A stretch of DNA of 60,681 nt from Candidatus Moraniibacteriota bacterium. Lineage in GTDB: Bacteria > Patescibacteriota > Minisyncoccia > Moranbacterales > UBA2206. How positions within the stretch are numbered: position 1 is the first letter of the stretch; every line of letters begins with the position of its first letter. The stretch is taken from the NCBI GenBank assembly GCA_003483065.1, contig DMWY01000013.1, positions 1 to 60,681 of the forward strand. The letters are read 5' to 3'. Below the pieces are notes generated by a model. The model had not been told where the DNA came from. It searched no databases and saw nothing but the letters and a program-made list of their open reading frames with translations. The translations under genes were made by a program, and so were the position numbers. This document shows, in pieces, positions 28,049-39,388 of the stretch.

Positions 28049-28432
28049 ATGTTAAATAAGAAAGCTTTTACCTTAATTGAACTTTTGATAGTTATTGCAA
28101 TTATTGGAATTTTAATGTCGGCAATTCTGATTAGCATTAATCAAACTCGCAAAAACGCCAGAATAAACAGCGTCAAAACTTCTATCGGTAGTGTATTGAC
28201 GGCTATTGTTGCTTGTAAAGATGGAAGTGGCGCAGTTGCTAACCCTATTGCTGGTAACGACATTTGTAATCCAGTATCGGCTGGTTTAGCTAATGCAAAA
28301 TGGCCTGCGCTTCCTGTTGGTTATAGTTATGACAGTGGACTATATAATTCAGTCAGTTGTAATTTTCAAATTGCCAATAGTGATACCGCCTCACCTTTAG
28401 TTTGCAGTTGTTCTTCTCAGTCTTGTAAATAA
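28049..28432 (+). CDS. Type IV pilin, second copy
   Basis: MLNKKA|FTLIELLIVIAIIGILMSAIL, with Ala rather than Gly at position -1. Confidence 0.8.
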   Translation: MLNKKAFTLIELLIVIAIIGILMSAILISINQTRKNARINSVKTSIGSVLTAIVACKDGSGAVANPIAGNDICNPVSAGLANAKWPALPVGYSYDSGLYNSVSCNFQIANSDTASPLVCSCSSQSCK

Positions 28433-28446
28433 AATAAATTAATTCT

Positions 28447-29256
28447 ATGTTTATAATATTTCTCATCACCGGTCTCATTGTTGGAAGTTTTTTAAATGTG
28501 CTTGTATATCGAATTCATACGGCGGAGGAGCTTATCTTCGATCGCTCGCGTTGTCCGCATTGCAAAAAACAAATTCGCTGGTTTGATAATATTCCTGTGG
28601 TGAGTTTTGTAATTTTGAAATTTCGTTGCCGTGATTGTCAGGAAAAAATTTCTTGGCAATATCCAATCGTAGAAATTTTCACTGGTGTGATTTTCGCGCT
28701 AATTGGTTGGAAATTTTTTGTGCTAATTGACACGACCTCTTGGCTTTCGACCGCCTACTATTTGTTCATGGCATCTTCGCTGATCACAATTCTGGTCTAT
28801 GATTTTCTCTATTTGGAAATTCCGGGATCAGTGCTGTGGGTTTCAATTTTTTTGGCTATTGTCTTTGGACTCTACATGGACGGAATGTCTCTTTGGAACT
28901 TGGAAAGTAATACTCTGAATTTATTAGACACAATAACTTACCCGGGAGTTTTGGCAGCCACCGTGGCTTTTGTTTTTTTCTTCTCTTTGTCTTTTTTTTC
29001 GCGTGAAAAATGGATGGGAATGGGAGACGCCTATCTGGTGATTCTCTTGGGGCTAATCTTGGGCTGGCCGGAAATTCTTTTGGCTCTCTTTTTGGCTTTT
29101 TTCTTGGGAGCGTTTTATGGTATAATAATGCTAGCAATGAAAAAGAAAAAAATGAAAAGCCAAGTGCCCTTTGCGCCGTTTTTAGTACTTGGGACACTCA
29201 TTACTTTGCTTTTCTATTCGCCGATAATTAACTGGTACTTCTCGCTTTTTATGTAG
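28447..29256 (+). CDS. pilD: Prepilin peptidase (A24 family) PilD
   Basis: Cys-pair N-terminal region (CPHC..CRDC), polytopic, GMGDAYL aspartyl motif. Confidence 0.9.
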   Translation: MFIIFLITGLIVGSFLNVLVYRIHTAEELIFDRSRCPHCKKQIRWFDNIPVVSFVILKFRCRDCQEKISWQYPIVEIFTGVIFALIGWKFFVLIDTTSWLSTAYYLFMASSLITILVYDFLYLEIPGSVLWVSIFLAIVFGLYMDGMSLWNLESNTLNLLDTITYPGVLAATVAFVFFFSLSFFSREKWMGMGDAYLVILLGLILGWPEILLALFLAFFLGAFYGIIMLAMKKKKMKSQVPFAPFLVLGTLITLLFYSPIINWYFSLFM

Positions 29257-29276
29257 AATAGCTTTAGGGTAAAAAA

Positions 29277-29792
29277 ATGAAAATAGATAAAAATAGAAAA
29301 AATATATCAAAGAAAATGCAAGGATTTACCTTGCTTGAATTGATAGTTGTGGTTGCAATTATTGGAATAATGACCAGTGTTGGTTTAGCTTCTTTGAGTT
29401 CTTCTAGAAGGCAGATTGCCTTAAAAACAGCTCAAGATGAAGTGACTTCCGCGATAAAATTGGCGCAAAGTTATGCCCTGCAAGGAAAAATTCCATCTTC
29501 TGGAGATATCGCTTGCGCATACGGTTTTGAGTTTTTGGATAATGATATAAATTCTGAATATCAAATTTTTTATTATAGAAAAGTCGGTGGTATTTGTGAT
29601 ACAAGTGACAAAAGAGAAATAGAAAGAAATAATCTAAAAAATGGCGTATCTTTAACCTCACCATTTTCAAGTAGTTCGGTTTATTTTAATATGCCAAGCG
29701 CAGATATGATTCCAAATTCAGGAATAGTGTTGACATTGGATTCATCAAAAACAATAACTATCAGCTCTTCTGGCTTAGTGACGAAAAATTAA
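29277..29792 (+). CDS. Pseudopilin / minor pilin (GspH/FimT-like)
   Basis: Prepilin signal KKMQG|FTLLELIVVVAIIGIM. Confidence 0.72.
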   Translation: MKIDKNRKNISKKMQGFTLLELIVVVAIIGIMTSVGLASLSSSRRQIALKTAQDEVTSAIKLAQSYALQGKIPSSGDIACAYGFEFLDNDINSEYQIFYYRKVGGICDTSDKREIERNNLKNGVSLTSPFSSSSVYFNMPSADMIPNSGIVLTLDSSKTITISSSGLVTKN

Positions 29793-29797
29793 AAAAA

Positions 29798-30439
29798 ATG
29801 GTGCAAAAAAATTCACCCTATGGAATAAATTTTGCCTGCCTCGTCGGTAGGCGGGATTACAAAATTATCCCGACAAGTCGGGATATTCCACAGGGCAAGA
29901 ACAAAAATTATTCCGGTTTTTCTTTTATCGAAGCAATCCTCGCTGTTTTTTTGATTGCAACTGGAATGATTGCTGTTATGAGTCTAATGTCTTCCAGTCT
30001 CAAAGATTCAATGGGTAGTCGGGATCAGATTATTGGAGTGTTATTATCGCAAGAAGGGATTGAGTTGGTGAGAAATTTGAGGGATAATAATTGGGCGAAC
30101 AATGCGAGTACCTTTGAAAATTTTCCAAGTGGTTATGGTGGTATAAATCAAATTGACGCAAATACCGCGAGTTTTTTGAATAGTAGCAATTATTTAAATT
30201 TCAGTAGCAATGTTGGATATAATTATTCTTCTGGAGATAGTACTAAATTTAGAAGGAATATAAATATTATCTATTATGATGCTGATGGATCTGTAACTCA
30301 GGTAGATGAAGCTGTTTCGGCTGAAATTATGAGTACAGTGATTTGGAATAATGGTAGTTTCCCTGCTGCTAATAATTGCAATACATCCACTAAATGTGCT
30401 TATACGCAGACAACATTAACTAGTTGGGGCGGAATGTAA
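29798..30439 (+). CDS. Minor pilin (PilV-like) with an unusually long leader caused by palindromic inserts
   Basis: Leader ...GKNKNYSG|FSFIEAILAVFLIATGMIAV, with 39 aa before the cleavage site. Confidence 0.62.
   Translation: MVQKNSPYGINFACLVGRRDYKIIPTSRDIPQGKNKNYSGFSFIEAILAVFLIATGMIAVMSLMSSSLKDSMGSRDQIIGVLLSQEGIELVRNLRDNNWANNASTFENFPSGYGGINQIDANTASFLNSSNYLNFSSNVGYNYSSGDSTKFRRNINIIYYDADGSVTQVDEAVSAEIMSTVIWNNGSFPAANNCNTSTKCAYTQTTLTSWGGM
29835..29884. repeat. Two palindromic elements in frame in the pseudopilin leader
   Basis: CCTGCCTCGTCGGTAGGCGGG (29835-29855) and the perfect 18-nt palindrome ATCCCGACAAGTCGGGAT (29867-29884). Confidence 0.7.
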
Positions 30440-30443
30440 AAAT

Positions 30444-31001
30444 ATGAAAAATAAAAAATTCAACAAAAAAAACAAAAATTATGCCGGCTTCTCCCTTTTG
30501 GAAATGATGATTTCGATGTTTATTTTTGTCCTTACTATTATCACAGCTGTTTCAATTTTTTCCACAGTTGCTCACACTCGGCAAAAAAGTCGGGAAATTC
30601 AGAGAAATATGGAAGATGCTAGAACAGCACTGGATCTGATGGCAAAAAATATGCGGATGAGTATCGGATTGTGGCCAGATGGATCTTCCCAGGAAATTTA
30701 TATGTTTAATGCTTCGCAATCAAGTTGCGTTAGTTATAGGTTTGGCAGTGACGATAAATTATACATAAGTCAAGGATTTCCCGGAAGCACTTCAGAAGAA
30801 ACGAAATGTCGTCCAGTAAATGCTATCTATGATCCTTACACACCCATAATCGAAAATGATGTTACTGGTAGTTTTAATATAACTCAAACTTCAATCACTG
30901 CGCCGAAAAGAGTTGGTAAAGCAACAATTATTTTGACTATAGATGGAGTGAATATGCAAACCAGTGTCTCATTTCGAGATTATAATAATATAGTTCAATA
31001 G
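30444..31001 (+). CDS. Minor pilin (PilW-like)
   Basis: KNKNYAG|FSLLEMMISMFIFVLTIITAV. Confidence 0.68.
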   Translation: MKNKKFNKKNKNYAGFSLLEMMISMFIFVLTIITAVSIFSTVAHTRQKSREIQRNMEDARTALDLMAKNMRMSIGLWPDGSSQEIYMFNASQSSCVSYRFGSDDKLYISQGFPGSTSEETKCRPVNAIYDPYTPIIENDVTGSFNITQTSITAPKRVGKATIILTIDGVNMQTSVSFRDYNNIVQ

Positions 31002-31008
31002 AAATTTT

Positions 31009-32181
31009 ATGTTGAAAAAAAATAATAAAGGTTCAGCCTTGGTTGTGACGCTATTTATCCTAGCGATAATTTTGATTTCGGCGCTTAGCATAACTCTGAT
31101 AACAGTCAAAGAAAGACTGGCTTCAATTGGTAGTGCTGGATCTAATAGGGCCTATCAAACTTCGGAGACCGGAATTGAAAGTGTGATGCAATTGATAATA
31201 AAGGGAAATCATGAATACATTGATGATGGAACGAATAATAGCTTAAATTTTAGTTTAGCTTCAATTGGTGCTAATTGTGTTTCAGGACTTATAGAAGGCA
31301 CTGATTATAAGGTTGAATTTCTTGATAATACTGGAAGCCCAATTTCTTGCAATGCAAGCAATGTTCCGGTTTCAGATATTGTCAAAATAAAATCAGTTGG
31401 TGAATCTTCCAATTCCAAACGAGCAGTGGAGGCGTTAGTGTCAAATAAAAGTACAAAACTTTTGATGCATTTTGATGAATTATTAAGTGATAATTTTAAA
31501 GATAGCTCATATTTTGATTATGTATATAATATTACTAATGAAGGGGGTGTGTCTAAAGCTAATACAGATCCTATCTTGGCTAGTTCAGATTATGCAAAAT
31601 TTTCTATCGCTGGTGATTATGTGGAAGTAGAAGATGCTGTTACATCAGATGATATTGATTTTAATTTTACTGATAAAGATTTTACTATAGAGGCGTGGGT
31701 GAGATTTGATAATCCTCCCGGTCTCTATCCTACTATAATTAGTATGGGTGATTATGTTAGCGGCAGTTATGCGGATAGTTCATTTTGGCTTTATTGGGAT
31801 AGTAGTGATAATAATTTAAAATTTCAATATTATAATCAAGAAAATAATGATATTAAAGAATTATCAACTAGCTGGACGACGCCCACTGTGGGTACTTGGT
31901 ATCATGTAGCTTTTGAAAGAAAGGGAGGAAGTGGATATTTTTTTATTGATGGATTACCGAGATCTATAAATGCGGGAGGAGACCAGTTTGGTACTGATTC
32001 TATGTATTTTACTGGCAATTATCCAATAATTATTGGCGGATGGCTTGAAGGGGGCTCTCTTTATTCAGATTCTCAATTTCTTGGTGATATGGACGAACTC
32101 CGCGTTACTAAAGGTTTAGCTAGATATCCAATAAGCGGATTTACTCCTTGGGAAGATGTTGAATATGTGCCAAATATTTAG
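31009..32181 (+). CDS. PilX-like minor pilin fused to a LamG/concanavalin-A-like lectin domain (tip-adhesin candidate)
   Basis: N-terminal hydrophobic helix GSALVVTLFILAIILISALSITL. LamG signature FTIEAWVRFD..WYHVAFERKGGSGYFFIDG..GDMDELRVTKG. Confidence 0.68.
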   Translation: MLKKNNKGSALVVTLFILAIILISALSITLITVKERLASIGSAGSNRAYQTSETGIESVMQLIIKGNHEYIDDGTNNSLNFSLASIGANCVSGLIEGTDYKVEFLDNTGSPISCNASNVPVSDIVKIKSVGESSNSKRAVEALVSNKSTKLLMHFDELLSDNFKDSSYFDYVYNITNEGGVSKANTDPILASSDYAKFSIAGDYVEVEDAVTSDDIDFNFTDKDFTIEAWVRFDNPPGLYPTIISMGDYVSGSYADSSFWLYWDSSDNNLKFQYYNQENNDIKELSTSWTTPTVGTWYHVAFERKGGSGYFFIDGLPRSINAGGDQFGTDSMYFTGNYPIIIGGWLEGGSLYSDSQFLGDMDELRVTKGLARYPISGFTPWEDVEYVPNI

Positions 32182-32190
32182 TTTTTTTGA

Positions 32191-34664
<2,474 letters not shown>

Positions 34665-34765
34665 TTCTTAATTTTTGAATTTTTAATTTTATAAATAAAT
34701 CTTAAATCTAAATTTTTAAACATTAAAAATTAGAGTTTATTTAAAAATTACAAAATTAAAAATTA
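34665..34765. repeat. AT-rich imperfect palindromic intergenic element, empty copy C
   Basis: TTAATTTTTGAATTTTTAATTTTATAAATAAATC ... GTTTATTTAAAAATTACAAAATTAAAAATT. Confidence 0.65.
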
Positions 34766-34779
34766 TAAAATTTCATTAA

Positions 34780-36231
34780 ATGATCAAAGAACTCCACCAA
34801 AAATTAATCAACAAGGAAATTACCTCAGTTCAATTAACTGAACAATATTTTGATGCAATTTCCAAGAAGGATGCAGATTTGCATGCCTATTTAACTTTGA
34901 CCAAGGAACTTGCGATAGAGCAAGCAAAATATGTGGATGAAAAAATTGCTCGCGGAGAAGAAATCGGAATCATTGAGGGAATTCCGGGAGCGATCAAGGA
35001 TAATATTTGTATTAAGAATGTGAGAGCAACAGCTGGTTCAAAAATTTTGGATAATTATATTGCTCCCTATGACGCTGGAGTTATTTCAAAACTAAAAGAA
35101 GCGGGCGCAATAATTTTAGGCAAAACTAATTGTGATGAATTTGCGATGGGATCTTCCACAGAAAACAGCGCTTATGGCGTCACAAAAAATCCGCATTATG
35201 AGGAAAGAGTGCCAGGAGGGTCTTCAGGCGGATCAGCTGTCGTCGTGGCTTCTGATATGGCAGTTTGGGCACTCGGCAGTGATACTGGTGGATCAATTCG
35301 TCAACCAGCATCATTTTGCGGAACAGTTGGACTTAAACCTACCTACGGACGAGTTTCAAGGAGCGGGGTCATGGCCATGGCTTCGAGTTTTGATCAAATC
35401 GGTCCAATGACAAAAACAGTGGAAGATGCAGCGATAATTTTGTCGATAATTTCTGACCATGATGAAATGGACGCCACCTCCGCACCAAATTTTGGCAAGA
35501 AATATGAAGACTATCTGACTGGAGAAATCAAGGGAAAGAAAATTGGAATCGTGAAAGGTTATTTGGAGGGACTGGATGCAGGAGTGAAAAAAGTTATGGA
35601 AAGTGTGATTGAGAAATATGAAAAATTGGGCGCAGAAATTTTGGAAATAGAGCTTCCAAATGCCAAATACTCCTTGCCGACCTATTACATAATTCAGCCA
35701 TGCGAAGTTAGTTCTAATCTGGCTAGGTTTGATGGGATAAAATATGGCATGCGCGCCGATGACAAAAAAAATTCTGATTATAATCCAGACGGACTACCAA
35801 AAAATTTGCTAGAAACTTATCTGGATACTCGAGCCTATGAACTTGGCGCGGAAGTGAAACGACGGATAATGCTGGGCACTTATGCACTTTCTTCTGGATA
35901 TTATGACGCCTATTATCTTCGAGCGCAAAAAGTTCGCACATTGATTAAGCAAGATTTCAAAAAAGCTTTCGAGAAAGTAGATTTGATTTTGACTCCCACT
36001 GCGCCAACTCCGGCCTTCAAGATTGGAGAAAACACCAATGACCCATTGCAAATGTATTTGGAAGACATCTTTACTATTACTGCAAATATTGTCGGTGTTC
36101 CAGCTATTTCAGTTCCAGGTGGAAATGTAGAAATTGATGGTAAGCAACTTCCGGTTGGTTTTCAACTAATGGGTAAATGGTTTGATGAAGAAAATTTGCT
36201 CAATGTCGCACATGCTTTTGAAATTTCTTAG
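34780..36231 (+). CDS. gatA: Asp/Glu-tRNA amidotransferase subunit A
   Basis: Amidase signature GGSSGGSAVVVAS..GSDTGGSIRQPASFCG. Confidence 0.95.
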   Translation: MIKELHQKLINKEITSVQLTEQYFDAISKKDADLHAYLTLTKELAIEQAKYVDEKIARGEEIGIIEGIPGAIKDNICIKNVRATAGSKILDNYIAPYDAGVISKLKEAGAIILGKTNCDEFAMGSSTENSAYGVTKNPHYEERVPGGSSGGSAVVVASDMAVWALGSDTGGSIRQPASFCGTVGLKPTYGRVSRSGVMAMASSFDQIGPMTKTVEDAAIILSIISDHDEMDATSAPNFGKKYEDYLTGEIKGKKIGIVKGYLEGLDAGVKKVMESVIEKYEKLGAEILEIELPNAKYSLPTYYIIQPCEVSSNLARFDGIKYGMRADDKKNSDYNPDGLPKNLLETYLDTRAYELGAEVKRRIMLGTYALSSGYYDAYYLRAQKVRTLIKQDFKKAFEKVDLILTPTAPTPAFKIGENTNDPLQMYLEDIFTITANIVGVPAISVPGGNVEIDGKQLPVGFQLMGKWFDEENLLNVAHAFEIS

Positions 36232-36253
36232 TAGTTCGTAAACATAAAAAAAT

Positions 36254-36787
36254 ATGGAAAATTTAATAACCATCCTGAGTAATAGCGGAGTAGATATTAT
36301 TGGTTTTTATAACTCAACTTTCTTTTCAATTGTGAAATTTATTTTGGGAATTTATGCGATGGTGGTTTTGGCAGATATCGTGCTTTTGCTCATTCAACGA
36401 GGATTAAGTGGAGATTTGCGTGAAACTTCTTTCGGAATGAATGTCCCTCCTGAGTTGGTTGGGAAAAAAGGAAAATTACGCAAAAAATGGAACAAAATTA
36501 GAGAGGGGATAAAAAGCTCCGAAGAGGCTAATTGGAAAATTGCAATCATCGAAGCTGATGAGATTATTGATGATTTAATTCGAAGAATGGGCTATGCCGG
36601 AGAAAATATGGGGGAACGTCTAGCTGAAATTACACCTGGGCAAATTGAAAATATCGAAGAATTGAAAAGAGCGCATGAAACTCGCAATCAAATTATTCAC
36701 GATGAAGCTTTCAAATTGACCAAGGAGCAAGCCGAAGAAACGCTTGGATATTTCGAGAATTTTTTGAAATATTTTGAAGTGTTGTAA
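36254..36787 (+). CDS. Hypothetical membrane protein
   Basis: N-terminal TM helix (FFSIVKFILGIYAMVVLADIVLLLI); no recognisable domain. Confidence 0.55.
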   Translation: MENLITILSNSGVDIIGFYNSTFFSIVKFILGIYAMVVLADIVLLLIQRGLSGDLRETSFGMNVPPELVGKKGKLRKKWNKIREGIKSSEEANWKIAIIEADEIIDDLIRRMGYAGENMGERLAEITPGQIENIEELKRAHETRNQIIHDEAFKLTKEQAEETLGYFENFLKYFEVL

Positions 36788-36842
36788 GAAAATGGTTGAC
36801 AGGTGGTCTTTATCTAGTTAGAATGACTTATAGTGTTTATAT

Positions 36843-36916
36843 AGCGGGGTAGAGCAGTCTGGTAGCTCGGGTGGCTCATAACCACCAGGTCGTTGGTTCG
36901 AATCCAACCCCCGCAA
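36843..36916 (+). tRNA. tRNA-Met (CAT), probably the initiator
   Basis: Close to E. coli tRNA-fMet along its whole length (AGCGGGGTAGAGCAGTCTGGTAGCTCG..CTCATAA..AGGTCGTTGGTTCGAATCCAACCCCCGCAA) and has a 1:72 mismatch (A.A). However, the anticodon stem lacks three consecutive G-C pairs. Confidence 0.8.
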
Positions 36917-36981
36917 CAAAAAAGTTGTCATATTTTTGAACTTCCTGTATACTGATTATAATAACAATAACGGGAGGTTCT

Positions 36982-37659
36982 ATGGCTAAATTTAAAGAAA
37001 AAATAAAAGCAATAAATTTAAGAAAAGAAGGTTTAAGTATTAAAGAAATCTCAAAGATATTGGGGGTTTCTAAAAGTTCAGCAAGTGTTTGGTGTTCCGA
37101 TGTTGAGCTAAGTAAGAAACAAATCCAAAAATTACATGAGCGGATGGTAATGGGCGGGTATGTTGGCAGGCTAAAAGGCGCGAATATTCAAAGAAAATTG
37201 AAACAAGAAAGAATCTCATTTTATAATAAGCAAGGCAAGAAAGAAATCGAACATTTACAAAAAAGAGAATTATTTATTGCGGGGCTTGCTTTGTATTGGG
37301 GAGAAGGAGGAAAAAGGGATTCCAGGGCTAGATTTTATAATTCCGATCATTTAATAATTGCTTTTATTATGAGGTGGTTCAGAGAAATATTGGGTGTTTC
37401 AGATGATAGGTTTATAATGTATGTCACAATAAATCAATCTCATAAGGAAAGACTCTCTGATATAATAGAATATTGGTCAAAAATAACAAAAATATCCACG
37501 GAACAATTTAGAAGACCAATTTTGATAAAATCAAAAAACAAAAAAGTTTACGAAAATCATTCTCGGCACTATGGAACTCTTTGTGTTAGTATATCTCGAA
37601 GTTCAAAATTATTTTATCAAATAAAGGGTTGGTTGATTGCTCTCGGTGAATCTGTTTGA
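36982..37659 (+). CDS. HTH-domain protein of unknown function, possibly homing-endonuclease-like, wedged between tRNA genes
   Basis: N-terminal HTH (LRKEGLSIKEISKILGVSKSSASVW). The motif LFIAGLALYWGEGGK loosely resembles LAGLIDADG. Has its own promoter-like TTGTCA-17-TATACT and a GGGAGG RBS. Confidence 0.6.
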   Translation: MAKFKEKIKAINLRKEGLSIKEISKILGVSKSSASVWCSDVELSKKQIQKLHERMVMGGYVGRLKGANIQRKLKQERISFYNKQGKKEIEHLQKRELFIAGLALYWGEGGKRDSRARFYNSDHLIIAFIMRWFREILGVSDDRFIMYVTINQSHKERLSDIIEYWSKITKISTEQFRRPILIKSKNKKVYENHSRHYGTLCVSISRSSKLFYQIKGWLIALGESV

Positions 37660-37669
37660 TTTATTTTTT

Positions 37670-37744
37670 GGCAGGGTAGCTCAGTTGGTTAGAGCGCAAC
37701 ACTCATAACGTTGAGGTTCGTGGGTTCGATCCCCACCCCTGCTA
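37670..37744 (+). tRNA. tRNA-Met (CAT), elongator-like; tRNA-Ile2 not excluded
   Basis: GGCAGGGTAGCTCAGTTGGTTAGAGCG..CTCATAA..GTGGGTTCGATCCCCAC-CCCTGCT-A. Confidence 0.85.
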
Positions 37745-37773
37745 CGATTCAGTTTAAAATAGAATATAATTTT

Positions 37774-37847
37774 GGGGGCGTAGCTCAGTTGGTTAGAGCG
37801 ACTGCCTGTCACGCAGTAGGTCACCGGTTCGAGTCCGGCCGTCCCCG
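37774..37847 (+). tRNA. tRNA-Asp (GTC)
   Basis: GGGGGCGTAGCTCAGTTGGTTAGAGCG-ACTGC-CTGTCAC-GCAGT..ACCGG-TTCGAGT-CCGGC-CGTCCCC-G. Confidence 0.9.
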
Positions 37848-37960
37848 CACACTACATTTTTTATCGAGCAGACCGATTCACCCCGATTTCAAGCCACTTT
37901 GCGAAAGACCGCAAAGCCTGAAAATAAGGAGGAGAATAGGACACCGAACTAAATGATCAA

Positions 37961-37997
37961 AAAAGCTAAAACCGCCATATAGGCGGTTTTAGCTTTT
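37961..37997. terminator. Bidirectional intrinsic terminator
   Basis: AAAAGCTAAAACCGCC-atat-(A)GGCGGTTTTAGCTTTT: 16-bp arms with one extra A (37981) at the start of the 3' arm, and A/T runs on both sides. Confidence 0.75.
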
Positions 37998-38012
37998 CTC
38001 TATAATCCCTTC

Positions 38013-38765
38013 TTAATTTATGGATATCTCATTATCCTTTTTACTTTCAATTGAGTAGTAATCGTATTCATCAGCTCCGCTATACCATCTATAGTTGGCC
38101 TTATCAAATCTCAATTGTTTTAGCATATCTTGAATAGCAGTTTGAGCATCTTTGATATTTTTGTTGGCAGCAAACACTCCGCCGGAAAATTCAATTATAC
38201 TATTGCCAGATCCGCTAATTGTGACATCTACATCGTGTTCCCATAATGTTTTGCCGACTAGTTTTCCATAATCTGCTCGCATTTTAGGGAATTCTTTTAT
38301 TTGAAATTGGATGAGTTTAGTTTCAAGATCTTTGCCTAATTTATTGACTTTAGCATCGCTATTGCTCTTTGCTTGTTTAGTAAGACTGGACCAAAAAGTT
38401 ATTAGAAGTACTTCACTATTTATTTTCTCAATGCTTCCTCTATAATCGTCTCCTTTGAATGTGCTAATAGTTGCTATCTGCTTAGTCAGCTGTTCATCAA
38501 GAGGCACAGATTTTAATTCTTCAGTTTTTACTGTTTCCTGAGTATCTGCTTGGTTTTTTGATTGACTCGTATTTGAGCTTAGCCCGGCCATCAAAATTGG
38601 GAAAAATCCTATTCCAATAATAATGAGAATAAGTGCCATAATTGGATGTCGGTTTATCCAACTCCTAAGATCTGCTTGGCAGTGTTTGCATTTTTTTGCG
38701 GATTTGAGAATATTTTCTCCGCATGCTGAACATTTTTTAGTTTGTTCTGTTTGTTGTGTTTCCAT
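38013..38765 (-). CDS. Zinc-ribbon membrane protein, function unknown
   Basis: CSACGENILKSAKKCKHCQADL followed by the TM helix IMALILIIIGIGFFPILMAGL. Confidence 0.62.
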   Translation of the reverse strand: METQQTEQTKKCSACGENILKSAKKCKHCQADLRSWINRHPIMALILIIIGIGFFPILMAGLSSNTSQSKNQADTQETVKTEELKSVPLDEQLTKQIATISTFKGDDYRGSIEKINSEVLLITFWSSLTKQAKSNSDAKVNKLGKDLETKLIQFQIKEFPKMRADYGKLVGKTLWEHDVDVTISGSGNSIIEFSGGVFAANKNIKDAQTAIQDMLKQLRFDKANYRWYSGADEYDYYSIESKKDNEISIN

Positions 38766-38782
38766 TGAGTTATGTTATTTGA

Positions 38783-39232
38783 TTATAGATTGTTAATTTG
38801 TTTATTAAATTCGTATAATTTTTTGAATTCTTCAGCATTATTTTTTGTTATTTTTAATCCCCATTCTGGTTTACTTTTTTTATTTTCATAATCATTTTCT
38901 GAAAAGAATTTTTGTTTAATATTTTTCCATTCTAATGATGGTACGAGGCAGAGAGTCGGAATGTTATTTTCTTCAAAAAGTATCAGGGCTAATAGAAGAT
39001 TTCTTCTTAGTTTAAATACTTCTTTCCGCATAAACACATAATTATAATTTCGTATTGACTTAACTTGAATATCATAGTGCTCGCTTTCATTTTTTCGAAT
39101 TATAAAATCTATACCTTTATCATCGACTTCCGCAGTGTAAACATCAAAACCTGCTTTAGTGAATTCCATCTTAGCAAAATATTCTCCATATTTTCCAAGT
39201 TGTAGATGGCTTATTTCTTTTTTATTGTCCAT
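38783..39232 (-). CDS. Hypothetical protein with a PD-(D/E)XK-like (DUF4365-like) motif
   Basis: GKYGEYFAKMEF..AGFDVYTAEVDDKGIDFII...YDIQVKS. Confidence 0.5.
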   Translation of the reverse strand: MDNKKEISHLQLGKYGEYFAKMEFTKAGFDVYTAEVDDKGIDFIIRKNESEHYDIQVKSIRNYNYVFMRKEVFKLRRNLLLALILFEENNIPTLCLVPSLEWKNIKQKFFSENDYENKKSKPEWGLKITKNNAEEFKKLYEFNKQINNL

Positions 39233-39240
39233 AATTTTTT

Positions 39241-39388
39241 CGCGTAGGTTTTAATTATTATTCGGTTCGAGGATACACAAAAGGTCCCGCGAGCCGACAG
39301 TAATCCTTTCGAATTACTCAACATTCCTTTCGAAGTGTTGACCTACGCGAATAAGTGTCGGTCACGAGACCGTTTTTATTCGCGTAGG
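39241..39388 (-). promoter_or_regulatory. Structured intergenic leader: alternative helices and twin GAAA-tetraloop hairpins
   Basis: See finding. 13-bp perfect inverted repeat at 39342-39354 / 39376-39388; long imperfect stem at 39283-39299 / 39356-39371; two hairpins with identical loops at 39299-39318 and 39319-39340. Confidence 0.45.

Noticed and set aside
37711-37956. 81-aa ORF on the + strand
   Set aside because: It is read through tRNA-Met and tRNA-Asp (GSIPTPAT.., VAQLVRAT..), so it is a tRNA-derived spurious ORF.
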